NCBI GenBank assembly: GCA_041497675.1
Contig: JBGQGY010000084.1
Location: forward strand, 1 to 17,102
Source: a bacterium
GTDB lineage: Bacteria; Sysuimicrobiota; Sysuimicrobiia; Sysuimicrobiales; Humicultoraceae
DNA: 17,102 nucleotides
Direction: 5' to 3'
Shown: piece after piece, positions 1 through 9,717 of the stretch
Position numbering within the stretch: the stretch's first letter is position 1
How the letters are laid out: every line of letters begins with the position of its first letter
Notes under the pieces: generated by a model
Database searches by the model: none
What the model was told of the DNA's origin: nothing
Seen by the model: only the letters and a program-made list of their open reading frames with translations
Translations under genes and position numbers: made by a program

Positions 1-630
1 ACGGCCAAGCAACTGTCGCGTAAGCGCATCGCCGTGCACAGTCTGTCCTCGGTCTCCAATATGGTGGTCCAGTTTGCGATCAAGAAGTACGGTATCGACA
101 ACGCGCAGGTGCTGGTGATCCCGGGCTCGGTCGCCCGGGCCCAGGCGCTGTTGCAGGGCGAGATCGACGCCACCTCGGTCTTCATCGTGGACGCGATCCG
201 GCTGGACATGGTCGCGCCTGGCCGCTTCCACATCTTGCTGGACTTCAAGGACATGCCGGTTCATGATTCCGTGTTCGTTGTCCGACGGGACTGGCTGAGC
301 ACGCATCAGGAGGAAACCGAAGATCTCCTGCGCAGCCTGGTCGAGACACACCGTCGGATGACGGCCGGTCCGGAGTGGGGTGTGGCGCGGGCCCTGACCC
401 TCTTCCCGGATCAGGATCCTGCGTTTGTCAGCGCCACCGTGCGCGCCTTCATCCAGCGGGGTATCTGGGATGCCAACGCCGGGGTTCCCAACGGCCCTGA
501 CACGATCCGGGACATGATCAAGTATCTCAAGACGGTCGAGGCGCTGCCCGCCGATGCCTCGGAAAATGCGCGGGACTATGCGGATCTGACCGTGCTCGAC
601 CGCGTCCTCTCGAAGGTGGGGAGAAAGTGA
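1..630 (+). CDS. ABC transporter substrate-binding protein, SsuA/TauA/NMT1-THI5-like (5' truncated by window edge)
   Basis: Frame is open from base 1 (TAKQLSRKRIAVHSLSSVS...). It has the 'KRIAV' and 'ARAQALLQGEIDAT' segments typical of class II SBPs of the aliphatic sulfonate/NMT1 group, and an SsuC-like permease lies two genes downstream. Confidence 0.8.
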   Translation, partial: TAKQLSRKRIAVHSLSSVSNMVVQFAIKKYGIDNAQVLVIPGSVARAQALLQGEIDATSVFIVDAIRLDMVAPGRFHILLDFKDMPVHDSVFVVRRDWLSTHQEETEDLLRSLVETHRRMTAGPEWGVARALTLFPDQDPAFVSATVRAFIQRGIWDANAGVPNGPDTIRDMIKYLKTVEALPADASENARDYADLTVLDRVLSKVGRK

Positions 631-1565
631 TGGGCGATGGTACGAATCACTGGATCACTTACTGGAACGGCCGGTTCCATCCCGATGACGAGGTACGCAT
701 TTCGCCGTCGGACCGAGGGTTCGTCCTTGGGGACGCCGTCTATGAGATCACACGGACCTACCGTCACGTCCCGTTCCATCTCGACTGGCACCTGGACCGA
801 TTGTTTGCCGGGCTCGCGTATGTCAGCCTCGACCCGTTGCTGACCAGGAACGAGATTGAGCGGCTCACACTCGAGACGCTGGGCCGCAATCGCGGGCGCC
901 TCGGTCCTGACGACGACGTGCTGCTGACCCATCGGATCACGCGCGGCCCGAATCCCCCGCTCTTCGGCGGCCCGCCCGCGGGTCCCCCGACGGTTATTAT
1001 CACGTGCCGGCCCATCGCCTTCCGGCTGTTTGCTCACCTCTACACGGAGGGTGTGGCACTCGCCGTGCCCTCCGTGCGTCTACCGGCCCGGGGCGGGATC
1101 GATCCGCGGGTCAAGATGCAAAGCCGGCTCGCCATGGCCCTGGCGTCGGTCCAGGTGGCCCAGGCGACAGGACACGTCTTGCCCCTGATGATCGACACCG
1201 AGGGGTACGTCACCGAGACGTCCAACACCAACGTCTTCGCCGCCGTGGGGGACAAACTGGTGACGCCCCCCGATGGGTCGGCGCTGGAGGGCATCACCCT
1301 GCGGGTGATCATGCATCTGGCCGGGCGGGAAGGCCTCACAATCGTCCGGCGGCCGCTCCACGTTTCGGAATTGACCCGCGCGTCCGAGGTCCTCGTCACC
1401 GGCACCGGATCGGGCATCTTGCCGGTTCGATCTGTCGATCGACGGCCGCTGTCCCCGCTCCCGGGCCCGATCACCGCCAGGCTCACCAGGGCGTTTAGTG
1501 ACTACGTCGGGGTCGACATCGTCGGCCAGGCGCGCGCGCACGCGGCGGAGCGCGCCGCCACTTGA
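630..1565 (+). CDS. Aminotransferase class IV family protein (PLP fold type IV; D-amino acid/branched-chain aminotransferase-like)
   Basis: Motifs DRGFVLGDAVYEITRTY, HLDRL, ITRG, DPRVK (Schiff-base Lys), EGYVTETSNTNVF, LEGIT and EVLVTGT. The ATG at 630 overlaps the upstream TGA (TGATG); GTG at 627 is an alternative start. Confidence 0.9.
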   Translation: MGDGTNHWITYWNGRFHPDDEVRISPSDRGFVLGDAVYEITRTYRHVPFHLDWHLDRLFAGLAYVSLDPLLTRNEIERLTLETLGRNRGRLGPDDDVLLTHRITRGPNPPLFGGPPAGPPTVIITCRPIAFRLFAHLYTEGVALAVPSVRLPARGGIDPRVKMQSRLAMALASVQVAQATGHVLPLMIDTEGYVTETSNTNVFAAVGDKLVTPPDGSALEGITLRVIMHLAGREGLTIVRRPLHVSELTRASEVLVTGTGSGILPVRSVDRRPLSPLPGPITARLTRAFSDYVGVDIVGQARAHAAERAAT

Positions 1566-2325
1566 GGCTTCGCTGGGTCCTGGAGCGCGCGCCCTGGGTG
1601 TTCTCAGTGGTTCCTGTCCTACTCCTCTGGGAAGCCGTGGGCCGCCTGGGTGTGTTCGTCTTCGTCCCGCCGCTCACCCGGGTCGTCACATCCGCGGTGG
1701 TCCTGGCCGGTAGGGGGACACTCTGGGCTGAAGGCCTGCGGACGACTGGAGCCATCCTGGCGGGGTTCGGACTGGCCGCCGCCGGCGGCGTGGTGCTCGG
1801 CGTCCTGATGGCACGATACCCGCTGGCAGACGCCGCGTTCGGCCTCTATGTCGACGTGTTTCAGACCATGCCGGCCGCGGCCATGGTGCCGATTCTCGTG
1901 CTCCTGTTCGGTCTTGGCCGGACGAGCATTGTCGCGACCGCGTTCCTCTTTGCCTTCTTTGTCATCGCGATCAATGTCTACGCAGGGGTCAAACAGGTGG
2001 ACCGCCGGCTGCTCCACATGGCCCGCTCATTTGGCGCAGGCGAGTGGGCCACGGTCCGGCGCGTGATTCTGCCGGCCTCCCTCCCCCTGGCCCTGGCCGG
2101 CCTGCGGATGGGCATCGGACGGGCCGTCAACGGCGCGGTGTTGGGCGAGATGCTGATCTCCAGCATCGGCATCGGCGGACTCATGATGTACTATGGGGGG
2201 GCGTTCCAGGCGGACTACCTGTATGCCCTCATCTTGCTGATCGTCGGTCTGGCCGCCGCCCTGATGGGCGTCGTGCACGCCGTCGAGAAACACACTCTGC
2301 GCTGGATGCGGTCGACGGAGTCGGA

Positions 2326-3111
<786 letters not shown>

Positions 3112-3147
3112 CGGCGATGCGCGCCGCGGCCCCCGGGAGCCTCGAAC

Positions 3148-4731
3148 TCAGCGATCAAACGACCAGTTGTACGCGTACATCAGCGCGTCCCGGATGCCCA
3201 ACGGCGAGAATCCCTTCAACTTGGACGAGATCGCCCGCAGCTCGATCGGGTAGAAGAGCGGCACCTCGGGGATATCCTCCGTGAACATGCGCTGGAGTCG
3301 CGTGTAAACGTCTTTCTGCCTGGCGGCGCTCGTGGAGCTCCGGGCTTCGAGGAAGAGCCGGTCGGCCGCCGGGTTGCAGTACGCGCCGGTATTGTTCCCG
3401 GTGTCCTTGGCTTCGCAGCCGAAGTAGTTGTACAGATCGGGCGTCGGCGGCGTCACCCAGAAGTGGACCAGCATCTGCGAGGCGTTGGGACCCGTGCGAT
3501 TGTCGCGCCGCTCGCGGATGAAGACCGAGAACTCCGCGGCTTCGAGCTGCGGATCCAGGCCCAGGTTCTTATAGTACTGCTGCGCCAGGACACCGATCTG
3601 TTCAAAACTGGGATTCCCCTTTAGGGTCGTCAACACGAATCGGAACGGCTTTCCGTCCTTCTCCAGCACACCCGACGCACCCGGCTTCCACCCCGCTTCG
3701 GCCAGCAGGGTCCGCGCCCGCTGCGGGTCGTACGCAAACTCCTCGGTGTCGACGTAGTAGTCGCGCAGGAACGGGTTCCATGGGTGCGATGCCAGCTTCG
3801 CCTTGCCGGCCATGATCCCGGAGACGAGCGCCTGCCGGTTGATGCCAAGCGTCAGCGCCAGGCGCACCTTGCGGTCCTGGAACAACGGGTTGTTCTTGTT
3901 CAGCGACAAATAGTAGAAGTTGATCTGGTTGCCCTCATTGATGACGATCCCGGGTTGGCCTTCCAGGGCCTTCAAGTTGAAGGGTTCGATCCAGACGAAG
4001 TTCAGCTCTCCCGTCCGTAGTTGCGCGATCTGCACGTTCTGATCGGGGATGATCTTGAACGTGATCGAGTCGATCTTGGGCCGTCCCAGGAAGAAATCGG
4101 GATTGGCGACGACCGTGACGTGGCTCCCGGCGCGGACTTCCTGGATCTTGAATGGACCGGTTCCGACCGGGCGCTGCTTGCTGAACGACGGGACGTTGTT
4201 GACGTCCTGACCCTGCAGCAGGTGCTTGGGCATGATGCCCATGTTATATCCGAGAAAGACCGCCAGAGGCGAGAACGGCTCCTTGAGGACGAACTGCACC
4301 TCGTACGGGTTCGCCACCCGCACTTCTCTGACCGACGTGAAGTTGGCGCGCCACCGGCTGCCCGTCTTGGGTTCCATCACCAGATCCATCGTGAACTTGA
4401 CGTCCTCGGCCGTGAACGGCTGCCCATCGTGCCACTTCACGTTTCGGCGCAGCCTGAACGTCCACACGAGGCCGTCGGGCGAGACCGACCACGACTCGGC
4501 CAGGTCGGGGGCCGGTGACTGCGTCCGCTCATCGGGTTTGGTCAGGCCGTTGAACAGGACCTTGTTGACCATGACCGAGGCCGTGTCGGCGCCGACAAGG
4601 CTGATCATCGTGGGATCGGTTTGAATCGGCATCAGGAACTGCCCGCCCGCCGGGGCGGGGGCCGAACCGCCTGACGCGCCAATCGCCAGGACCAGCGCAA
4701 CGACGACGAGCAGCACACCGAAATCTCGCAT
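3148..4731 (-). CDS. dppA: Peptide/nickel ABC transporter substrate-binding protein, family 5 (DppA/OppA-like)
   Basis: Signal peptide MRDFGVLLVVVALVLAIGA, family-5 signature PDLAESWSVSPDGLVWTFRLRRNVKWHDGQPFTAEDVKFT, PVGTGPF and VRLAL...INRQ. Start moved to ATG 4731 because GGGAGG lies just upstream. The substrate is not determinable from sequence. Confidence 0.92.
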   Translation of the reverse strand: MRDFGVLLVVVALVLAIGASGGSAPAPAGGQFLMPIQTDPTMISLVGADTASVMVNKVLFNGLTKPDERTQSPAPDLAESWSVSPDGLVWTFRLRRNVKWHDGQPFTAEDVKFTMDLVMEPKTGSRWRANFTSVREVRVANPYEVQFVLKEPFSPLAVFLGYNMGIMPKHLLQGQDVNNVPSFSKQRPVGTGPFKIQEVRAGSHVTVVANPDFFLGRPKIDSITFKIIPDQNVQIAQLRTGELNFVWIEPFNLKALEGQPGIVINEGNQINFYYLSLNKNNPLFQDRKVRLALTLGINRQALVSGIMAGKAKLASHPWNPFLRDYYVDTEEFAYDPQRARTLLAEAGWKPGASGVLEKDGKPFRFVLTTLKGNPSFEQIGVLAQQYYKNLGLDPQLEAAEFSVFIRERRDNRTGPNASQMLVHFWVTPPTPDLYNYFGCEAKDTGNNTGAYCNPAADRLFLEARSSTSAARQKDVYTRLQRMFTEDIPEVPLFYPIELRAISSKLKGFSPLGIRDALMYAYNWSFDR

Positions 4732-4813
4732 GGTAGACCCTCCCTTGGGGGGATGGTTCAACTGCGTGCGGACAGTTCCTGTCGGGCCCGGCGCGGGCTG
4801 CCCTCGACACGGG

Positions 4814-5698
4814 CTACGCCCCGCGCTGTGGGTCCAGCGCGTCGCGCAGCCCGTTGCCGAGGAAATTGTACGCGAGCACGGTCACCAGGATCATCGTGCC
4901 AGGATAGACGGCCAGCAGCGGCGCCGTGTACAGATAGTTCTGCGAGTTGCTGAGCATGTTCCCCCACGACGGGATCGGCAACTGAATGCCCAGCCCCAGA
5001 TAGCTGATCGCCGATTCGGTCAGGATCGCAAAGGCCACGCCCAGGGTCGCCGTCACGATGACCGAGGGCAGCGTGTGCGGCAACAGGTGACGCCACATGA
5101 TCATGCCGTCCTTCACGCCGAGGGCCCGGGCCGCCTCGACGAAGTCTTGCGCCTTCCAACGTAGGAACTCGCCGCGCACCAGCCTGGCCAGGGCCATCCA
5201 CGACGTGATGCCGATGACCACGATCACCGAGACGAGCGACCCGCCAAAGACCGCGAGGATCACGAGCAGGAGAAAGAACGTCGGCAACGCCATGAAGCCG
5301 TCGGTGACGCGCATGAGCACCGAATCCGCCGACCCGCCGAAGTACCCGGCCAGCGCCCCGACCACCGTGCCCAGCGTCACCGAGATCAACACCGACACCA
5401 CACCCACGGCCAGCGAGACGCGTCCCCCGTAGAGCAGGCGCGCGGCCACGTCGCGGCCGCTCTCGTCGGTCCCCAGCGGGTGCTCGGGGCCCGGCGGGCG
5501 GAGCGCCGCCAGTGGATCGACCTCAAACGGCGATTGACGCATCAGGGCCGGCCCGGCCGCCGAGGCCAGGTGGATCGCGACCAGCAGAATCAGGCTGACG
5601 ACGGCAAGCCGGTTGCGCGCGAACCGGCGCCGCGCGCGGATCCACGGGGTATCGACCCGCGGGGCCGGTGCGGTCACCACGGCCTGCGCCACGCTCAT
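4814..5698 (-). CDS. dppC: Peptide/nickel ABC transporter permease (DppC/OppC-like)
   Basis: HPLGTDESGRDVAARLLYGGRVSL, EAA motif FVEAARALG, RHLLP and PSWGNML. ATGA overlap with dppB. Confidence 0.93.
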   Translation of the reverse strand: MSVAQAVVTAPAPRVDTPWIRARRRFARNRLAVVSLILLVAIHLASAAGPALMRQSPFEVDPLAALRPPGPEHPLGTDESGRDVAARLLYGGRVSLAVGVVSVLISVTLGTVVGALAGYFGGSADSVLMRVTDGFMALPTFFLLLVILAVFGGSLVSVIVVIGITSWMALARLVRGEFLRWKAQDFVEAARALGVKDGMIMWRHLLPHTLPSVIVTATLGVAFAILTESAISYLGLGIQLPIPSWGNMLSNSQNYLYTAPLLAVYPGTMILVTVLAYNFLGNGLRDALDPQRGA

Positions 5699-6657
5699 GA
5701 TTCTGCCTCACCACCAACCTTGACGCGGGGATCGACCAGCCCGTAGACGACATCGACAAGCAGGTTGCTGGCGATCACGGCGAGCGCAAAGACCACGGTG
5801 ATCCCCATGACCAGCGGGTAGTCGCGTTTGAACGCGGCCTCCACGGCCAACCGTCCCATCCCCGGCCACGAAAAGATGGTTTCGGTAATGGCGGCCCCAC
5901 CGACCAGGCGGGGGATGAGCAGCCCGATGACCGTAATGACCGGGATCAAGCCGTTGCGCAGCGCGTGACGGGCGAGCACGACGCTTTCCCGCAGCCCCTT
6001 GGCGCGTGCCGTCCTGACGAAGTCGCGCCGCATCACGTCCAACATGCTCGTGCGCGTATAACTGGCCACCTGCGCCAGATACACCAGCGCCAGCACGCCG
6101 GCGGGCATTGCGAGATGGCGGAGCAGATCGCCGAGGGAAAACGCCGCGCCCACCGTCGCCATGCCGGACGACGGCAGCAGACGCCACCGCACCGAAAACA
6201 GCAGGATCAGGATGATGCCAAGCCAGAACGACGGGATCGACACGCCAAACACGCTCATCCCGGTCGCGGAGTAATCGACCCACGAATTAGGCCGCCGGGC
6301 CGCGGCGACGCCGAGCGGCACGCCGATGAGGATGGAGAGACCCAGCGCGGCTGACGCGAGGATGAGCGTCGCGGGAAGCCGTTCGAGGATCAGGTCGAGC
6401 ACCGGCCGCTGCTGGTTGAACGACCGGCCAAAGTCGCCGCGCAGCACCGCGCCAAACCACCGGACAAACTGGACGTGCAGCGGTTGATCGAGCCCCAGGT
6501 TGTGGATGATGTACTGGCGATCCGACGGGGGCAGGTTGCCGGTGAAAAGGATTTCGGGGCCGCCGGGCGACAGGTGGACGATCACAAACGTCGCCACGCT
6601 GATGAGGACCAGCACGACGAGGGCGTGCACCGCCCGGCGAACCAGATACGGGGCCAT
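5695..6657 (-). CDS. dppB: Peptide/nickel ABC transporter permease (DppB/OppB-like)
   Basis: LGLDQPLHVQF, GDFGRS, ERLPAT, DFVRTARAKGL, RHALRN, ETIFSWPGMG and RDYP...DPR. Confidence 0.93.
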   Translation of the reverse strand: MAPYLVRRAVHALVVLVLISVATFVIVHLSPGGPEILFTGNLPPSDRQYIIHNLGLDQPLHVQFVRWFGAVLRGDFGRSFNQQRPVLDLILERLPATLILASAALGLSILIGVPLGVAAARRPNSWVDYSATGMSVFGVSIPSFWLGIILILLFSVRWRLLPSSGMATVGAAFSLGDLLRHLAMPAGVLALVYLAQVASYTRTSMLDVMRRDFVRTARAKGLRESVVLARHALRNGLIPVITVIGLLIPRLVGGAAITETIFSWPGMGRLAVEAAFKRDYPLVMGITVVFALAVIASNLLVDVVYGLVDPRVKVGGEAES

Positions 6658-6724
6658 TAGCAGCCAGTCTCCCCTACCGGGAGACCACCGGGCACGCGTG
6701 ACGTCGGACGAGCCTGTGACCGGT

Positions 6725-7996
6725 CTAGTACCCCAGCCAGTCCTTCCGCCGCTCGATCGTGACCTGTTCGACCAAGACGATCCGGTTGTTCTTCACCTGC
6801 ATGATGCGGGTGGTCGTCGATGGCCGGTGATCGTCGCGCGCCAGCGTGATCGTTGGCGCCAACCCATCCGGATCCCAGTTCTTCAGCAACTCGATGGCCG
6901 ACCGCACGTTGGCGCCGTTGAACCCACCCTGCGGGCCGTAGGAGCTCCAGCCGTCGACGATCGTCTCGAGCCCCTTCTTCAACAAGTAGACGTTCATCCA
7001 GCCGCGGATATACGAGGCGATGAACGGCGTCTGCGTCGTGCCCCACGTAAACTGCGGCCAGTCGCTGCCGTGGAAACGTCTGAACGCATCGTTGAGCGTC
7101 TTCATCCCGGGCACCGGCTCGCCGTAATACGCGTGCGGCGTGCTGCCGTAGACACCCTCCGACGACTGTCCAATCAACTTGATCATGTTTTCGTCGTAGC
7201 CCCAGACGTTAACGAACCAACGGGTCTTGAGCCCCGCCTGGACCGCGTCGCGCACGCCGACCGACGCGGAGTTCGTCGTGCCGCCGAGCCAGCCGAAGTC
7301 CGCACCAAACCCCTTCACCGCGGCCATCTGCGAGCGGCCTTCAAGGGCGGTCAGGCCCAGAAACTGCTCTGTGACCTCAAACCCCAGCTCCTTCGCGTAG
7401 TCTTTCCCCGCCGGGATCGGCGCGCGGCCGTACGGATGATCCGGGTAGACAAACGCAAACTTGGGCTTCGCGATCTTGTCCTTGTCGGCGAGCTGCTTTG
7501 CGAACTTCAGCACCGCGCGCAGCTGGTCAGAATACGACGATACGGGGTAGAAGTTGTACGGCGTCTTCGACGGATCGTTCAGGTGCGATGAGTACGACGC
7601 CGAGATGTAGGGAATCTGGTCGGCGGCAATTTGCTCTTTCAGGGCCTCGGTGTCGTTGGTCCCCCACCCGACGATCGCCTGGACCCGGTCGATATCCCGG
7701 TACTTACGATAGAGGATCAGGCTTTCCGGAATCTGGTATTTGTAGTCGGCCCAGACCAGGTCGATCTTCACTTTGCCCCTGATGCCGCCCTGGGCCTCGT
7801 TGATGTACCGGACGTGGTCGAGGACGCCCTTGCTGTAGTCGACGCCGACGTCCGACGTGGGACCGGTCAGGTCGAACAGCGCGCCCACCTTGATCGTCGC
7901 GGGCAGCGATGGCGCGCCCTGACCCAACACCGGGAGCGCGGAGAACGCCAGCAGGGCAGCGAGCCCGAGCACCACTGCAATCAGCAGCCCTCTCAC
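6725..7996 (-). CDS. Branched-chain amino acid-type ABC transporter substrate-binding protein (LivK/LivJ-like, periplasmic binding protein type 1)
   Basis: Signal peptide (MRGLLIAVVLGLAALLAFSALPVLG) followed by IKVGALFDLTGPTS, INEAQGGIRG, IVGWGT and DHPYGRAP. Start moved from 8212 to GTG 7996, which follows a GGGAGG SD and removes the overlap with the upstream gene. Confidence 0.88.
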   Translation of the reverse strand: MRGLLIAVVLGLAALLAFSALPVLGQGAPSLPATIKVGALFDLTGPTSDVGVDYSKGVLDHVRYINEAQGGIRGKVKIDLVWADYKYQIPESLILYRKYRDIDRVQAIVGWGTNDTEALKEQIAADQIPYISASYSSHLNDPSKTPYNFYPVSSYSDQLRAVLKFAKQLADKDKIAKPKFAFVYPDHPYGRAPIPAGKDYAKELGFEVTEQFLGLTALEGRSQMAAVKGFGADFGWLGGTTNSASVGVRDAVQAGLKTRWFVNVWGYDENMIKLIGQSSEGVYGSTPHAYYGEPVPGMKTLNDAFRRFHGSDWPQFTWGTTQTPFIASYIRGWMNVYLLKKGLETIVDGWSSYGPQGGFNGANVRSAIELLKNWDPDGLAPTITLARDDHRPSTTTRIMQVKNNRIVLVEQVTIERRKDWLGY

Positions 7997-8046
7997 GGGT
8001 CGACCCCTCCCTCTGGAACCGAGTGGTCGGGAGGCTTCGCCGGGGG

Positions 8047-9717
8047 TTAGGGCCCTCCCTTCCGCACGGTGACCGAGCGTACGACCAGGTCCTCGCTGCG
8101 ATTCCCCGCCGCGTTGATGGCGAAGTCCCAGCCCCACGTGTTGGCGAACGTGGCGTCGGTCAAGCGGATGCTGTACGATGTCCAGCCGTCTTTCACGTCC
8201 ACCCACTGCCACTGCGTGAAACGGTACCCACCCGTGGAATCGTACAAGATGTTGAACCCCACTTGCCGCGGCGCTCGCGCTCCCCAGACTTCAATCGTGA
8301 TCTCGACCGGCACCCGGCCTTCGGTGAAATACGCAAACGTGTCGTCGACGTCGAAGTACAGGTACACGACGTCACGCGCGATGCTCGTCCGCACCGCCTC
8401 GCCACCGTCGACCTCGATCGGCTCGACGGCGCCATTGCGGCGGCTGCGGTACACGAGGTTGTAGAGCCCGCGCTCCTCGCCCACCTTGCCCAGACGCGTA
8501 CCGACTTCTTGAGCGCGGCCGTAGTCTCGCTCGGGGCTGACGACCGGCAGCACCGGCCCCTTCGCCGCCGCCGTCGCCCGGGCCTCGACGGCCACAGCGG
8601 CGGCAACGCCCGACACGATCAGCGGCACCTCGCTCAAACGCACCGCGGGACGCCCGTCACGTGTCTCGGGCGCGACGACCTGTCCGTCGATCGGCGTCAC
8701 GCGCACCTCGGCCGACGGCAACTCGAACCAGTGACCCGCGGCCACCGCCCAGACGAGCATCACCGGGTCGGCGCTCGCGCCGAAGACCATCGAGAACGTC
8801 TCGGGCTCTCGCAGCACGTAGCCGGCGAACGGTCTGGAACCCAGCACAGGTGCGATGGCGCGTAACCCGGCCTCGACGCGGGGGAAGTCCAGCGCGAAGA
8901 GACGTTCAACGCCGGCGGCCTGACACACCGCGTGCATACGCACCCACTGGGCGGCCGCCCGGTCGGCCGGAAGGCCGGGGTCGGGTGCCCAGTCGATCCA
9001 GATGGTCTTGCCGGTTCCGCGCAGCCGCGAACCCAGGACCGCCAGTGGCCGCAGCAGCGCCTCCGGGGTAAACCCGCCTGGGGACAGCGCGATCACGTCG
9101 AACAACTCGGATCCTGCCGTCAGCACCCGGACCAGAAAGCTCAGATCGATGCCTTGGGGAGATGCCATCGCCAGACGCGCCTGCGGGTCGATCGTCTTGA
9201 GGCGCGTGCGCGCGGCCCGCAGGAGCGTGACATACTCGGTGCCCGTGCCGCGGAACAGCGGGAGCCCGATTTGCGTCCACACCTGCCACTCGCGCACCCG
9301 GCCGCGGTATCGCGTCGCTGCCGCGGCGACAAACCGGTCCCAGTCCTGCACGTCGCGCGGCGGTTGGCGGCTGTAGACCTCGACGCGCTGCAGATCGGCG
9401 CCGGTGCCCAGGCTGGCCCAGCGCGGCGTATACGCCAGCACCAGGATGGGGATGAGGCCTTCCTGCTCGGCCAGCGCAACCGCGCGGTCGAGATCGCCCC
9501 AGACTGGTGCGCCCCGCTGCGCTTCGATCACGCTCCAGTCGGCAACGATCTTTACCGCCCGCAGCGCGGCTCCACGTGGCACCGCCGTGGCCGGACGCTC
9601 CATGAAGGCGATGCCGATCTGCGTCGTGGATGGCTGCGACGGTGCCGGTTGGCTCCACGCGGGTGCAAGGCCCGCGAACACGGCGATGGCGGCCAGCGTA
9701 ACCACGCGACGCCTCAT
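8047..9717 (-). CDS. Secreted protein with clan GH-A (GH39/GH5-like) TIM-barrel similarity, degenerate catalytic motifs and C-terminal beta-rich domain(s)
   Basis: Signal peptide and the pattern WSVIE..RG...W..LDRAV..A...G...ILVLAYTPRWAS...PP.D..DW..FV......RYRGRV..W, typical of GH39/GH5-like barrels. The expected WNEP and WITE motifs read WTQI and WIDW. The C-terminal ~140 aa are aromatic-rich. Confidence 0.7.
   Translation of the reverse strand: MRRRVVTLAAIAVFAGLAPAWSQPAPSQPSTTQIGIAFMERPATAVPRGAALRAVKIVADWSVIEAQRGAPVWGDLDRAVALAEQEGLIPILVLAYTPRWASLGTGADLQRVEVYSRQPPRDVQDWDRFVAAAATRYRGRVREWQVWTQIGLPLFRGTGTEYVTLLRAARTRLKTIDPQARLAMASPQGIDLSFLVRVLTAGSELFDVIALSPGGFTPEALLRPLAVLGSRLRGTGKTIWIDWAPDPGLPADRAAAQWVRMHAVCQAAGVERLFALDFPRVEAGLRAIAPVLGSRPFAGYVLREPETFSMVFGASADPVMLVWAVAAGHWFELPSAEVRVTPIDGQVVAPETRDGRPAVRLSEVPLIVSGVAAAVAVEARATAAAKGPVLPVVSPERDYGRAQEVGTRLGKVGEERGLYNLVYRSRRNGAVEPIEVDGGEAVRTSIARDVVYLYFDVDDTFAYFTEGRVPVEITIEVWGARAPRQVGFNILYDSTGGYRFTQWQWVDVKDGWTSYSIRLTDATFANTWGWDFAINAAGNRSEDLVVRSVTVRKGGP

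Noticed and set aside
6661..6742. 9-bp direct repeat CAGCCAGTC at the livK 3' end and just upstream of dppB
   Set aside because: Two copies only and short, with no spacer periodicity. It is not a CRISPR or operator array I can support.
6500..7591. 363-aa plus-strand ORF antisense to livK/dppB
   Set aside because: Shadow ORF expected from high-GC codon bias. It is Arg/Val-rich with no recognisable motif, and the opposite strand carries clear genes.
8015..8040. GGAACC in the livK upstream gap as a second ECF -35 element
   Set aside because: It is on the wrong strand for livK and has no CGT at the 16-nt spacing.
7997..8212. 72-aa N-terminal extension of the livK-like ORF in the ORF track
   Set aside because: It overlaps the upstream gene, while a strong SD and signal peptide point to GTG 7996. 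Similar over-extensions were trimmed for dppA, vanZ-like and mazG-like.
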